Shown: piece by piece, positions 53,126 through 64,000 of the stretch
Layout of the letters: each line of letters starts with the position of its first letter
How positions within the stretch are numbered: position 1 is the first letter of the stretch
Origin: Octopus vulgaris
Lineage: Eukaryota
Length of the DNA stretch: 64,000 bases
Direction: 5' to 3'
Assembly (NCBI GenBank): GCA_951406725.2
Contig: OX597815.1
Location: forward strand, 92,876,001 to 92,940,000
The notes under the pieces: generated by a model
Told to the model about the DNA's origin: nothing
Database searches by the model: none
The model's input: only the letters and a program-made list of their open reading frames with translations
Made by a program: the position numbers and the translations under genes

Positions 53126-53589
53126 CGTTTGACAATCGATGCTGCTGTGTTTACATCTCCATAAATTAGCGGTTCGGCAAAGAGACTGGTAGGCTTACAA
53201 AAAATAAGTCCTGGGGTTGGTTTGATGTTTCTAATCAATAATTTCTCCCTTCAGATCCCTTTGGAATTACTTACAGCCTTTAACTGGGCTCCAACTGGCC
53301 ACAAACTCTTTCACCATTATCAAGAACAACTATGGATAAGTTCTATGCACCTGCTCAACGAGGCAATCCAACTGGATTAGCCCGAGTATGCTTCTTCAAT
53401 GACAATGCTCACCCACACGTTGCTAATCTGACCAAAAAAATGCTATTTAAGCACTCAGTTGGGGATGGTCATATCAAGTTCAATCACATCTATCGTATTC
53501 TTCTGACATAGTGACCTCAGATTATCCTCTTTGTTGATCAGGATCTCCTATGGATAAATTCCGTGAAAAATCTTTGGACTGCTGAGGGG

Positions 53590-54295
53590 TATTACCAGTT
53601 TAAGATGAACTCTATAGGCAAGACTGTCCGAGATGCACGAAGGTGGAGACCAAACTGCACTATATATACTCGTGCTGTGTGCAAGCACTGCTGACTTGTG
53701 GAGTTATGCCAGACAGCTGTTGTCATTTGTGAGATCAATTTGGCTATTGGCCAACTCCATCGTGAGGATTTTCTTCCCACCTACCTTTAAGAAGATTGTC
53801 TAACCAAGGCAAAAGATATTGTACGGTGGACGACACTGAAAGGATTGAGGGCAAACACCTTCATCTAGAGTCAGGCCTGCAACTAATTTTTCAAGTTTCA
53901 CTTGGAAAGGATTAAGAGAGAGTGTGGAGATGGAAGTACTCTCCCTCAACGAATCTGTGGAAAGGTGGGTAACTCTAACAAAAATGATTAGAGCAGATGG
54001 AACTATTGTACGCATGTACCTATAGATTGGAGAACAACAGTTGGGCGAGGTCTTGTGTCCTAGGTGGTCAGGGCAATCCTGGATCTGTGGGGTTCTTTGA
54101 TGAGGCCTAGTTGGAGGCTGTTTTCCTTCAGAAGAACTGCATTATCCAGCTGTTCACATATTTTGTGTACTTTTATCTCATTTCCCCTTCTTTTCCCTTT
54201 CTTATCCTTATCTTTTATGTCAACCCTACAATAATTGTGAACTGACTTTGTAATGTCCTTCTCAACTGATGCCCCAGTGATAAATAAATGAAAGT
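53590..54295 (+). mobile_element. Probable 3' end of an L1/Tx1-type LINE
   Basis: Decayed coding-like sequence (...VERWVTLTKMIR), pyrimidine-rich UTR and AATAAA; weak. Confidence 0.4.
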
Positions 54296-54959
54296 ATCAT
54301 TATCAATATCCTCTTCATCACCATTGACATCATTATCGTCGGTTTTTGCTGCTGCCCTTTGGCATTGGTGTCTTCAATTAACACGCACACACATTTCCAT
54401 ACTCGAAATGCAGTTTCTTTCAGTCAGTTTTCAATTTGCATAAAAGTAAGAAATTCTTCAAATTTTACAAAATTGCTAGACATATTTTTCAGATGAGATT
54501 AAGAGTTTCAGAAAATTCACTGAATAGGCTTTGTTTTCCTTAAAGTTTTTTTTAAATGAATAATAATTCTTAGTTCATCGCTTTTCTTTAAATCATTTTT
54601 ATTATATTTTGTTTGAGGTAAAAATTTAATCCATTTAAGTTAAAACATTTTTTTTTTTTGTATTTCGAGTATTTATATGCTGCTTTCAGTTTCACTCCCA
54701 TCCCCACTCCGTGTAAGTAAGATCTGTCGATAGCTAATAATTCTATAAAATCCTGATATTTTTTGGAAAGGAAATCCCGTATAAGCACTGATTCAATCAT
54801 CAATTAATATTTTGTTGTAGTTCACGTGATGTTGAATTTTGTTTTTTTAGTATGTAAAGCTATTTATAACTTTCTGTGTAGACCAAAGTTGTTTACTGCA
54901 TAAAAGACGTCTAAGAACTGTTACCACTATGCTCACCAAGCATGAATAGACAGTGCAAG

Positions 54960-55220
54960 TGCTTCTTGATGTGGAAAATGACAGTTCTATCATAAACATC
55001 AGAATTGAGGCAACTGGTGTCTTGAAACAGATTACTTGCCTCTAATTATTTTTATTACCATTCATCTTGAATATATGCTGAGAGTTCTTGATATATCAAA
55101 TAAATTGTTATTATTTCATAACTACGATTTGACTGAAGGAGCCTGTCTTATAAATACTGTGCTGAATATTTTGAAAGAAATTAGAATAAATGAGGCAAAA
55201 ATTTCAGAGCATCTTCTCTC
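54960..55220 (+). mobile_element. Small hAT (ZMYM1/Tip100-like) transposase fragment
   Basis: EATGVLKQI...LEYMLRVLDISNKLL...DL..G.CLI.TVLNILKEIR resembles this family; short and broken. Confidence 0.4.
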
Positions 55221-56566
55221 TGGCCAAGGAATTCAATTTAGAAGACAATGTTCTATTTCTCAAAGCAGGTGTTGGGTTCCAGAGCATATTATACCATGCC
55301 CATTGCTAAGAGGTGCTCTGGGCGCACTACCCACCTCATTATTCAATGCTGCACCCTCAGATTTACAATGATACACTAATTTCAAAACTTCACTTTTGTA
55401 TTATTATAAATTAGTGCCCACTCAAAATATTCTGAAGCACCCTTAGGTACCAAAGTCTGGTGGCAGGTCTGTACTCCACAATCATCAGTATTAATGTTAA
55501 AGCTAGTTCATGGAGATTCTGACAATAAATACTGATTTTACAATAGTATTTTTGATAACTACGTTGAAGAACTCCAAATTCACTTAAACGTAGCACAAGG
55601 ATATCCGTAGCTTTGTCTCCTAAATAAGAAGCATTCTTAGAAGTTTCAAGTTTATATTCTGATTATGAACATAAACTCAGTCCTTTTTACAACTATGCAA
55701 TACAAAACATTACAATTTAGAAAACAAGACTTCTAAGAAACTACCAGATAGGTTCTTCATGATATCCATCTAAAGCTGCTTGTCTGCATATCTACAAACT
55801 GTATGCAACATATGTAGACATTTTGTAAAACTTTTTTACCAGTTCGTAATCGATGTTGAAAACAAATTGGAAGAAAAAATTTCCAGTGTGTATGTGTGTG
55901 CACATGCACGCGCGAGCATGTTTGTGAGTGTGTGTATGTGTGTGTGAGTGTGTATACGCATGCACGCATGTAACATTTCATAAATATTTTATAGTTATAT
56001 TAAAAAAAATAAACCTGTTTCACTTGGTTTATTTGAATGGATTCTCAACAATAGTCCAATGTAGTATCAAAACTTCACATAAATTCAGAAGCCCAAGACT
56101 CGCTTAATGCGGAATAATAAATAGCTCCTTAAGAAGACAGGTGCTAAATGCACATGCTCCTGAGTAACGTGTCAAGGTTAAAAATTTATTCAATGATTCA
56201 AAACTTTTTTTTTTCTGTTTACTTTGTTCAACAAAAATATATTTTAAGTTTCAGACTACATTAGCTTAGATTCTAAAGTTTTAAATACAGAATACCATGA
56301 AATAGAAGGTTAAATGGTCAATGCTTTTAATTATTGGAGCTTGTTGCAGTCCTATGGCAGTATGTAAAACTGACGTTAAACAATGATGATGTGTATTAGG
56401 GGCCGATTTGTAGCTAAACAATATGCATAAGTTTCTTTCTCACAGTAGTGATAAGAGACAGCCTTTCGAGGAATAAAACACTGGTTAAAAGTTAATATAG
56501 AAATCAAATTTGTAATGAAAAAAAAAATTGCATTATCAAGTAAATGTTGCATAATATTTATTCCCT

Positions 56567-57175
56567 GTTCTATATTTAAGAGATGAGGAATTATGTATAT
56601 TATTTATATTTGACAGATATTTGTCCTCATCTTGTTTGTTGTTAACACAACGTTTCGACTGATATACCCTCCAGCTTTCATCAGGTGTCTTGGGGGAAAT
56701 TTTGAACCTGGGTTCTCATTCTTAAGGTATTTTTCGATGCTATTATCATCATTATCATTATTATTATTATATGCCTGGAATCGAACTCGGAATTTTGGGG
56801 TTAGTAGCCTGCACTCTTCACCACTACGCCATATGCACGTGGGCTATTATGGAGTGAATTTTAGGGCTTATAAATCTAATATTCTCCTATCTTTCCTTAA
56901 TACTGGTTCCCATATGCTGTTCATATCTGCACACGGTCTGCTTAGGACGTCGTTGCGTACTAGCATATGTGCTACTTCTTTTAGTTTTCGTATTTTCCAG
57001 TGGTGTTCTCTGTCTATTATTTTAAATTCATCCCACAGGGAGAAGTGGTCTCCATTTTTCCATACATGATCAGCTATACCCGATTTATCAATATCCCCCC
57101 CCCCCCATGTCACAGCTTTGCAATGTTCCTCTACTCTTATTTTGAGGGGGCAACATGTTTCGCCTTTGTCTACCC
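56567..57175 (-). mobile_element. Penelope-like element 3' fragment
   Basis: KSGIADHVW..GDH...WDEFKIIDREHHWKIRKLKEVAH (GIY-YIG C-terminus) followed by the terminal repeat. Confidence 0.85.
56645..56688 (-). ncRNA. Minimal type I hammerhead ribozyme motif in Penelope-like repeat
   Basis: ACAC-CUGAUGA-A-stem II-GAAA-CG-UU-GUGU; palindromic stem III; base of stem II mismatched in this copy. Confidence 0.7.
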
Positions 57176-60100
57176 AGGGTGGTGAATTATCAGAACTGTT
57201 AGAGAGTTGGGCAGGATGTTTTGCAGTATCTTTTCTTGCTCTTTGTGTTCTGGCAGCAATGTTGATGACAATGCTGGTGTGTTAACTGAAGTTGGCTCAA
57301 GTCTGTTAGCTAAATATTAATGGTTTGAGGACAGGACACTTGCATGTTTAGACACCTGCTAATCTCCATAAAAAACAACAGTGTAACAGTATTTTTGTCC
57401 TTGGGTAGCAACTATTATTATTCCCATAGAAAGTATGAAAAACAGTTTGCTTTTGTTAGATTTATTCAAACTCCAAAGAAACCCTCTCAATACATGGCTA
57501 TGATGCTCTCCCACTACTCCTGCTCATGATCAGAAATGCACATATTATTGTCAGCCACTAAGGGATATGCTCAGGTGGTTAAGGACAAGCAACTCTGTGG
57601 TATTGAGCAGAATACTTGCTATAATGATATTTCTGCTTCAGCACTAAATATCAGAAATATAATAGAAAATTGTTCATTTCAAAACATTGCTGTCCAGGTC
57701 ACAAATGCAATAGTCATTTTGTTTGGTTTCTAGATAGAAGCAAATAAAAAAATAACACTTACTAACCAAACACACACAAAAAAACTAAAATTTTATTACA
57801 AAAATCTAGTGCAGACCAGTGTATACATGTACTAATGTATGACCAACATTGATTGACAGAGGCCCTACATACTTTGGAGAGGAAATAAAGCCTGAATATC
57901 ACATCTTAAATTTGTGTGATTGTTGAAGTCAATAGAGCTAATAAATTGTTGGAGGGGAATGTTTATACATAATATATGGAATATATTTATGAAGGATAAG
58001 AAAAAGCATGTGATGATGTGTCATTTCTTAAGGGTATTAGTAATATCAAGAAAGAAAACGTCAAGGTTGAAGTTAAGAGATGTTGATGAATCAAACAATA
58101 TAACTGTTTACAGGCAACAATAGAAATCCTAGTTTCATAGTTATTGGAGACAGCAAGTCTAACACAGATCTAAGATTAAAAAAGGTACTGAAGATCAATA
58201 AGTAAAATACAGGCTTTTAATACAATAGCAAAATGTCATTGGGTGCAACAGAACATTCTATTTAGATCACCAAACTGACAGTCACTGTTGACTAAATCTT
58301 TGGACAAAATCTTTGGATAAAATCTCTTGTATAGTTAGATTCTACCTCTTTTTTTTACTTATCATACACTTGCATATCATACACAGGTTATCTTGGTATA
58401 TTTTCGACTTAATTTTCATAACAATACGAGAATTATTTGACTTTTATGCTCAGTTAGAATTGACCTTACCCCTACAACAAAAGGATATATTGGAATGACA
58501 TGTATTGGAAATGAAAATCTTTTACATTGTCACTTGATCAGTTAAAAATGGCGAAAAAATTTTCTTCTGATAAATGATAGAGGACACATAAGATAATGTG
58601 GTTTTAAACACACTGCTTCAAAAACAATTAGAGCTGAAAAGTTGCTAAATCAGAACTGATTTGAAGATAAACAACAACAGTACTTTGAATAATTTTATTT
58701 CAATTAAGTATGTGTAATAAGATATTGTTGTATAACCCTGTCAATGATCTATGTTCAAAAGTGTTCTGGATGTGATCCTTTTTTTTTTTTTTCAGACATA
58801 GTATATCTAGAAATTTATTATTAAATATGCCATTTATTATTTTTTTAAGATAGTAGCAGGTGAAGGAGAGTTTAAAGATAATAGCAAGTGAAGGAGAAAT
58901 TACTGAGAAGCTCCTTATTGGTGTGTGTCACACATGAACAATGAGGTGTTAACTACTACTTAAAATATAACTAGTATCGTGATTAAATGAAAGATAAAGA
59001 AACTAGTCTGGACCTTAAACTGAATGCTAACTCCACAATATTCATTCTACCCATGCAAATTTAAATAATTAATCAAATCAGAGACCATGTGGAACCACAG
59101 TTAAAAATAGCAAATATATCTTATTCCTTACATTTTTCATTCATATATTGTACAGTAATGATGATATGTTGATGTACAGTATTGTACAATATTAGGAAAT
59201 GGTGAAAGTAGTCATTAGTAAAAAATGATATAAACACACACAGTAACGTTTATAGTTAGTGATAGTGTTGTGTAGCCCTTGGTCAACCTTGATTCATACA
59301 GCAGGTAGTCAGTCAGTTAAACTCTTACAAATCAGTTGACCAAAAGTCTTGTTAGGCTTTTGTATGTATGTCTGTATGCATGTATGTGTGTGTGTGCATG
59401 CATATATCTCTATGTGTGGGTGTATGTATGTATATGTAGTGACAGTATCTAAAAAAATATAGCAGCATTGTGAATGCTGAAATTTTTAAGTGTTAAAAAA
59501 ACTTTCTCTTTAATGTGTCAGGCAACTGAGAACGAAAGAGAAATGTAAGAGAAAACAAACAGCAAACAGGAAACAATTCCTAGAATAACAGCACACACAT
59601 TCAACAACAAACATGAAAGGAACATGCCATTCTACAAAACTGCCCTCAGCCCAAATGAAGATATGATGTGGCCATGAGAGTAAGTGGATGCCAGGATCAG
59701 GTGACCCCCTCCCCACCTACTACATTCATTGTGGGTCTACTGGCTAGTTACACTGATGATACTTGAGGTGTAGCAGTTCAGGTGGTTAAAATGAATAGAG
59801 CTAAGATATTGCATGGTGTTGGGTGTCATATAATCACAAATTTCTCTAGGTTCTTAGTGAGCATGGACCTTCCTCTCCTTATCATGAAAGACTTGTGTCT
59901 GATGCCTCTGTGCACCAGACATCAAATAGTAGGCTCCCCCACCTTGAGCTGCTTGGTAATGGCACCCATCAATCCATTAGGTCATCCCAGATTTGCTGGA
60001 TGAACTCCACTATTCTAATGATGTTAGCCATAGATAACACATAGCTGCTAGAGGCCTCCAGCTCTTTCTCAACACTGAACATGAAAGACCTGGCCAAGTT

Positions 60101-61134
60101 CAAGAAGCTGGCATCTCCAAGTCACAATGGCTGGTAGCTAGAGCCATGAGTATAGCTTACCTTTTCTTTTTTGTATCAGACTGAAATCTGCCATACAGAT
60201 GCTATCAATGTGTCTGAAGGTAAAAAAGCAGTGAGCTGGCAGAATCATTAGCATGCTGGGCAAAATGCTTAGCTGTCTTTATGTTCTGAGTTCAAATGCT
60301 ACTGGTGTTAACCTTACCTGTCATTCTTTCAGGGTCAATAAAATAAGTACCAGTTGAGCACTGGGGTTGATGTAATTGTCTTAGCTTGTCCACCAAAACT
60401 GCTGGCCTTGCATCAAAATTTGAAACCAATATGTTAGAAAGAACAAAACTCTTAAAATTTGATGCATACTGCATGAAAATATACTGAGTTATCTTCTATT
60501 TATGGCCTACTAACTTTTGCTCACTTATATCTGGCGTAATGTTGAAATCTTCAAGTAGTTTCATTAATGTTTCTTATCATGATGGATGGTTTTTGTGGTC
60601 CAATGACACTGAAAACAACGCTGTCAGAAGTTTAGTACACCTATGGTGGTATGATTGAAGCAAAGGATTCAGACATATATACATCATCATCACCACCATC
60701 ATCATTTACATTTACTTTCCATGTTGGCACAGGTTGGATGGGTCATCACAGTCTGGGTTACTTCCTAGGGTGAACTACTGCTTCAAAAGACTGGCACACA
60801 TATATATCAGCTTGGTTTCTATGACTGGAGGGCACCCAATCTTGGCAAGAAATTTGAACAGGCCATCTCTCTACCAACAAGATCAAAAACCTTTGTGGAA
60901 TCAATGAAAGTGATGTAGAGTAATTGTCTTAGTTCTCTGAATATTTCTTGTAATTGTTGAAGTGTGAAAATTATATGAACTACAGAATGTTCTATCTTGA
61001 AGTTACACTCAGATTCAAAGTATACCTTTTCATGTGATTTTTCTACAATATTTTAAGAACCACATAAGGAAAAACCTTCCTAATGATGTTTCTATGTATG
61101 TGTATGTGTGTATGTACACACGTCTTCGTCTTTT

Positions 61135-61168
<34 letters not shown>

Positions 61169-61244
61169 GCAGCGTGGAAGGTGTTTGTAATCCATTTAAG
61201 AAACACACAAAAGCCGTTCGATTCACTTCAACATTTAAGTTTAA

Positions 61245-61294
61245 TTTGTCAAAATATTTTCGTCGCTAAAATCCGCGACCTGTTCACTGACAAA
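61245..61294 (-). ncRNA. Minimal type I hammerhead motif with G3-C8 core
   Basis: UUUGUCA-GUGAACA-G-GUCGC-loop-GCGAC-GAAA-AUAUUU-UGACAAA. Confidence 0.65.
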
Positions 61295-61363
61295 AATCCG
61301 TGCTGCATCTGGGCTCAGATGCAGCACGGATTTTTGTCAGTGAACAGGTCGCGGATTTTAGCG
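61264..61363. repeat. Perfect hairpin, 48-bp arms, 4-nt loop
   Basis: 61264-61311 is the exact reverse complement of 61316-61363. Confidence 0.97.
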
Positions 61364-61502
61364 TAGTATCGATCGCAACAGCTGATGTACTTGCACATAC
61401 AAATGCACGTTCCCATGGCTTTATCGATCGCGTTCTCACTTGGAATCGATTTTTGTCATTTTTTCAATGCCCTGATACCGTCGGTATCGACATATCAAGA
61501 AG

Positions 61503-61559
<57 letters not shown>

Positions 61560-62039
61560 CATATATGTATATATATGTATAACAGGTTTAGAAATTATGC
61601 TAACAACTTTGAAACTATGTTAAAAGACCAAATATCACCTTTTAAATACATATGTATGAACTATCAAAACTAAAAATTTATACAAATTAAAGAAAACCAC
61701 ATATAAACATACTCACAATATTACTATCAGATAAAATGATAAAAGCAAACCCAAACACTTAAAATAAATGGTAATGTGAAAATCTTTTCATGATAATTAA
61801 CTGTAGATAGTGTCAAATGTCTCACTCTGCACAAACCCAACAGAAGGTTAAAGATTATAATGAAACTTTGTTTCTACTCAAGATGCTAAGTAATGAAGCT
61901 TTCCAAAAATGAATTAGGTATATTTAGCAAAAATATATTAGGCTTTAAAATGAGATAAACCACAAAATACTAAGTCTATCTGACTATGTGTGTATGTATA
62001 TATATCTGTCTGACTATGTATGTATGTGTATGTATATAT

Positions 62040-62090
<51 letters not shown>

Positions 62091-62875
62091 TAGATAGATA
62101 GATACTCATACACACATGTGTGCATCATCAGCACAGCAATTATCCTACCTTATATTCAGCAGATGAGATACCAGCCAAATACAAAAAAGAGTAGAACACA
62201 TTTATGGCCAAAGTAATTTGCATAAATGAGATGAAAATGTGATAAGAGAAGTAACTCACAGTGGCCAGTGACATGCATTTGAGCAACAAAGATGAATAAG
62301 GGTATATCAAATAACATACAAAATTAGTTCTTGATTTATTCAAACTATCTCTACTTCCAGAAAGTGTAGACCAATTCCGAATGTAAAGAGGATTCTCATG
62401 AATGAAGAATTCTCCAAACTTGATATGTAATTAAGGACAAGACAGTTAGATTGTCTGAAAACAATACACTGTATAAAGCAGCTAGTGATAGGAAGGGCAT
62501 CCAGGCATGGAAACCAAGCTAAAATGAAGTTTATGTGCACTTATCTATGAGAACAATTGGTCCCAATATGTACTGAGTCAGATTATGATCACCTGTCAAA
62601 CCCATGCCAACATGGAAAGCAGATATATAATTATTATTATTATTATTATTATTGAGTGAGAGAGTGGTGCATGCCATCAGAGTGACACCGGGGTAAAATA
62701 TATGAAGCCCAGTATACCCATCATGGCTACCCGTCTGATATGGGTACACCAGGCACATGCATCACTACCATATGTGCGTGACATGGAGATCTCATATCAA
62801 GATAAACAGTGCATGATCTTGCAGGTGGGGCCCAGCTACAATTTTCTTCTGGTTGAGTAACCCATCCCACTCAAA

Positions 62876-62900
62876 ACACACACATACACACACACACACA

Positions 62901-62956
<56 letters not shown>
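62876..62956. repeat. CA/CT microsatellite
   Basis: Direct inspection; similar tracts at 61510-61580 and 62015-62105. Confidence 0.95.
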
Positions 62957-63748
62957 AAGGAATTAGTCAGCCTGAGAGCTATGGTAGTTGACACTTGCAA
63001 AAGGTGCTGTGTAGTAAAACTGAAAATGAAACCCCATGATTGGCAAACTAGTTTATTAACCACATAGCCTTGCCTATATCATCATCATCATCATCATCAC
63101 CATTTAACGTCTGCCTTCCATGCCGTATATATGCCATATACGACTATGAGGATTTGCATTCCCAACGAAACTCGTCTTTTTCCCAAACTTCTTCTCAAAC
63201 CTGCTATAATGTAATACATGTCTTTGGTGTGGTAATTGTATGCGGTTGAAGAAGGCTATGGACATACATGTTACATCAATTATGCATTGATATAAATTGT
63301 CCAATAAAGCCAGAAACATATGTACCGCTAAATCCTTTGCATCCTGTTTTTCTTTTGATAAATATACCCTATCACTTACACCACTAACTGGCATATACAG
63401 GTGCTTACAGTTATCAAGTATTCACCCTGAATTTTTTGTGTATATATATATATATATAATTTCAACAATTGAGGGTAAAATTAATTAATTATTAATCAAT
63501 TTCACCAAGTATTCAGTATGTAAAGGGACCATTTAAGGCGAATTCAAAATATTACATTTTATAAAGGGCTTAGTAAAATAAATTACTTTGCCACATACTG
63601 AACTCATTAGAAATAGCAGCCAAAAAAAAAAAATTTTTTTAGCCAAATTCTAATACTTAAAGAAAATTTCTCTCAGATAGTGCTTACTCAAAATAGCCCA
63701 CGAAGGTATGGGGGTAAAAACATTAAAAAATCACATATGCAAAGGTTA

Positions 63749-63810
63749 TTTGAGAACGTACGTTTCTAGATCAGCCAAATACAATTCGGCATTTCTTTCG
63801 TCAGCCCAAA
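63749..63810 (-). ncRNA. Hammerhead motif of a third family
   Basis: UUUGGG-CUGACGA-stem II-GAAA-CGUACGU-U-CUCAAA; A-A mismatch at the base of stem II. Confidence 0.55.
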
Positions 63811-64000
63811 ATTCCTTAATTCGGATTTGTAAACACTGAAAGTAGGAGCATACCCTTTTGGCGACTTTTCACCTCCGAAGATCCGTTCGGATATATATAT
63901 ATCCTTTCAAGGATTATTTTTTTTTAAAAAAAGAACACTAACACTCAATCCAATCCTTTTTCTAACCATAACCTATAAAGTAATGACGGAAAAATGAAAG

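Noticed and set aside
63104-63394. 96-aa minus-strand ORF
   Set aside because: No recognisable domain or splice context; ends in an RTE tail.

Overview
AT-rich, repeat-dense animal genomic DNA; the SINE/RTE/Helitron repertoire suggests an octopus or related cephalopod (inference). One host gene is supported: the 5' part of a bubblegum-type long-chain acyl-CoA synthetase (ACSBG) on the minus strand. Six phase-consistent coding exons run from an ATG at 27544 to 626, with a 21.3 kb intron, a probable non-coding first exon near 31.2 kb, and the rest of the gene off the left edge. Everything else is mobile DNA: a near-intact 4.17 kb Gypsy LTR retrotransposon (11426-15597), decayed CR1/L2-, RTE- and L1/Tx1-type LINEs, Penelope-like fragments, Helitrons, a Buster-type hAT fossil, MITEs, SINEs and microsatellites. 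Two observations stand out. (1) The Gypsy has no TGG-type primer-binding site; the 12 nt after its 5' LTR are the exact complement of the 5' end (nt 1-12) of metazoan tRNA-Phe, suggesting priming by a 5' tRNA fragment. (2) There are three distinct minimal hammerhead ribozyme motifs, one with a compensatory G3-C8 core swap and an adjacent perfect 48-bp antisense hairpin. A near-perfect 1.2 kb palindrome carrying repeated E-box/CCAAT/E2F modules is also notable. All coordinates and alignments were made by eye; no searches were run.
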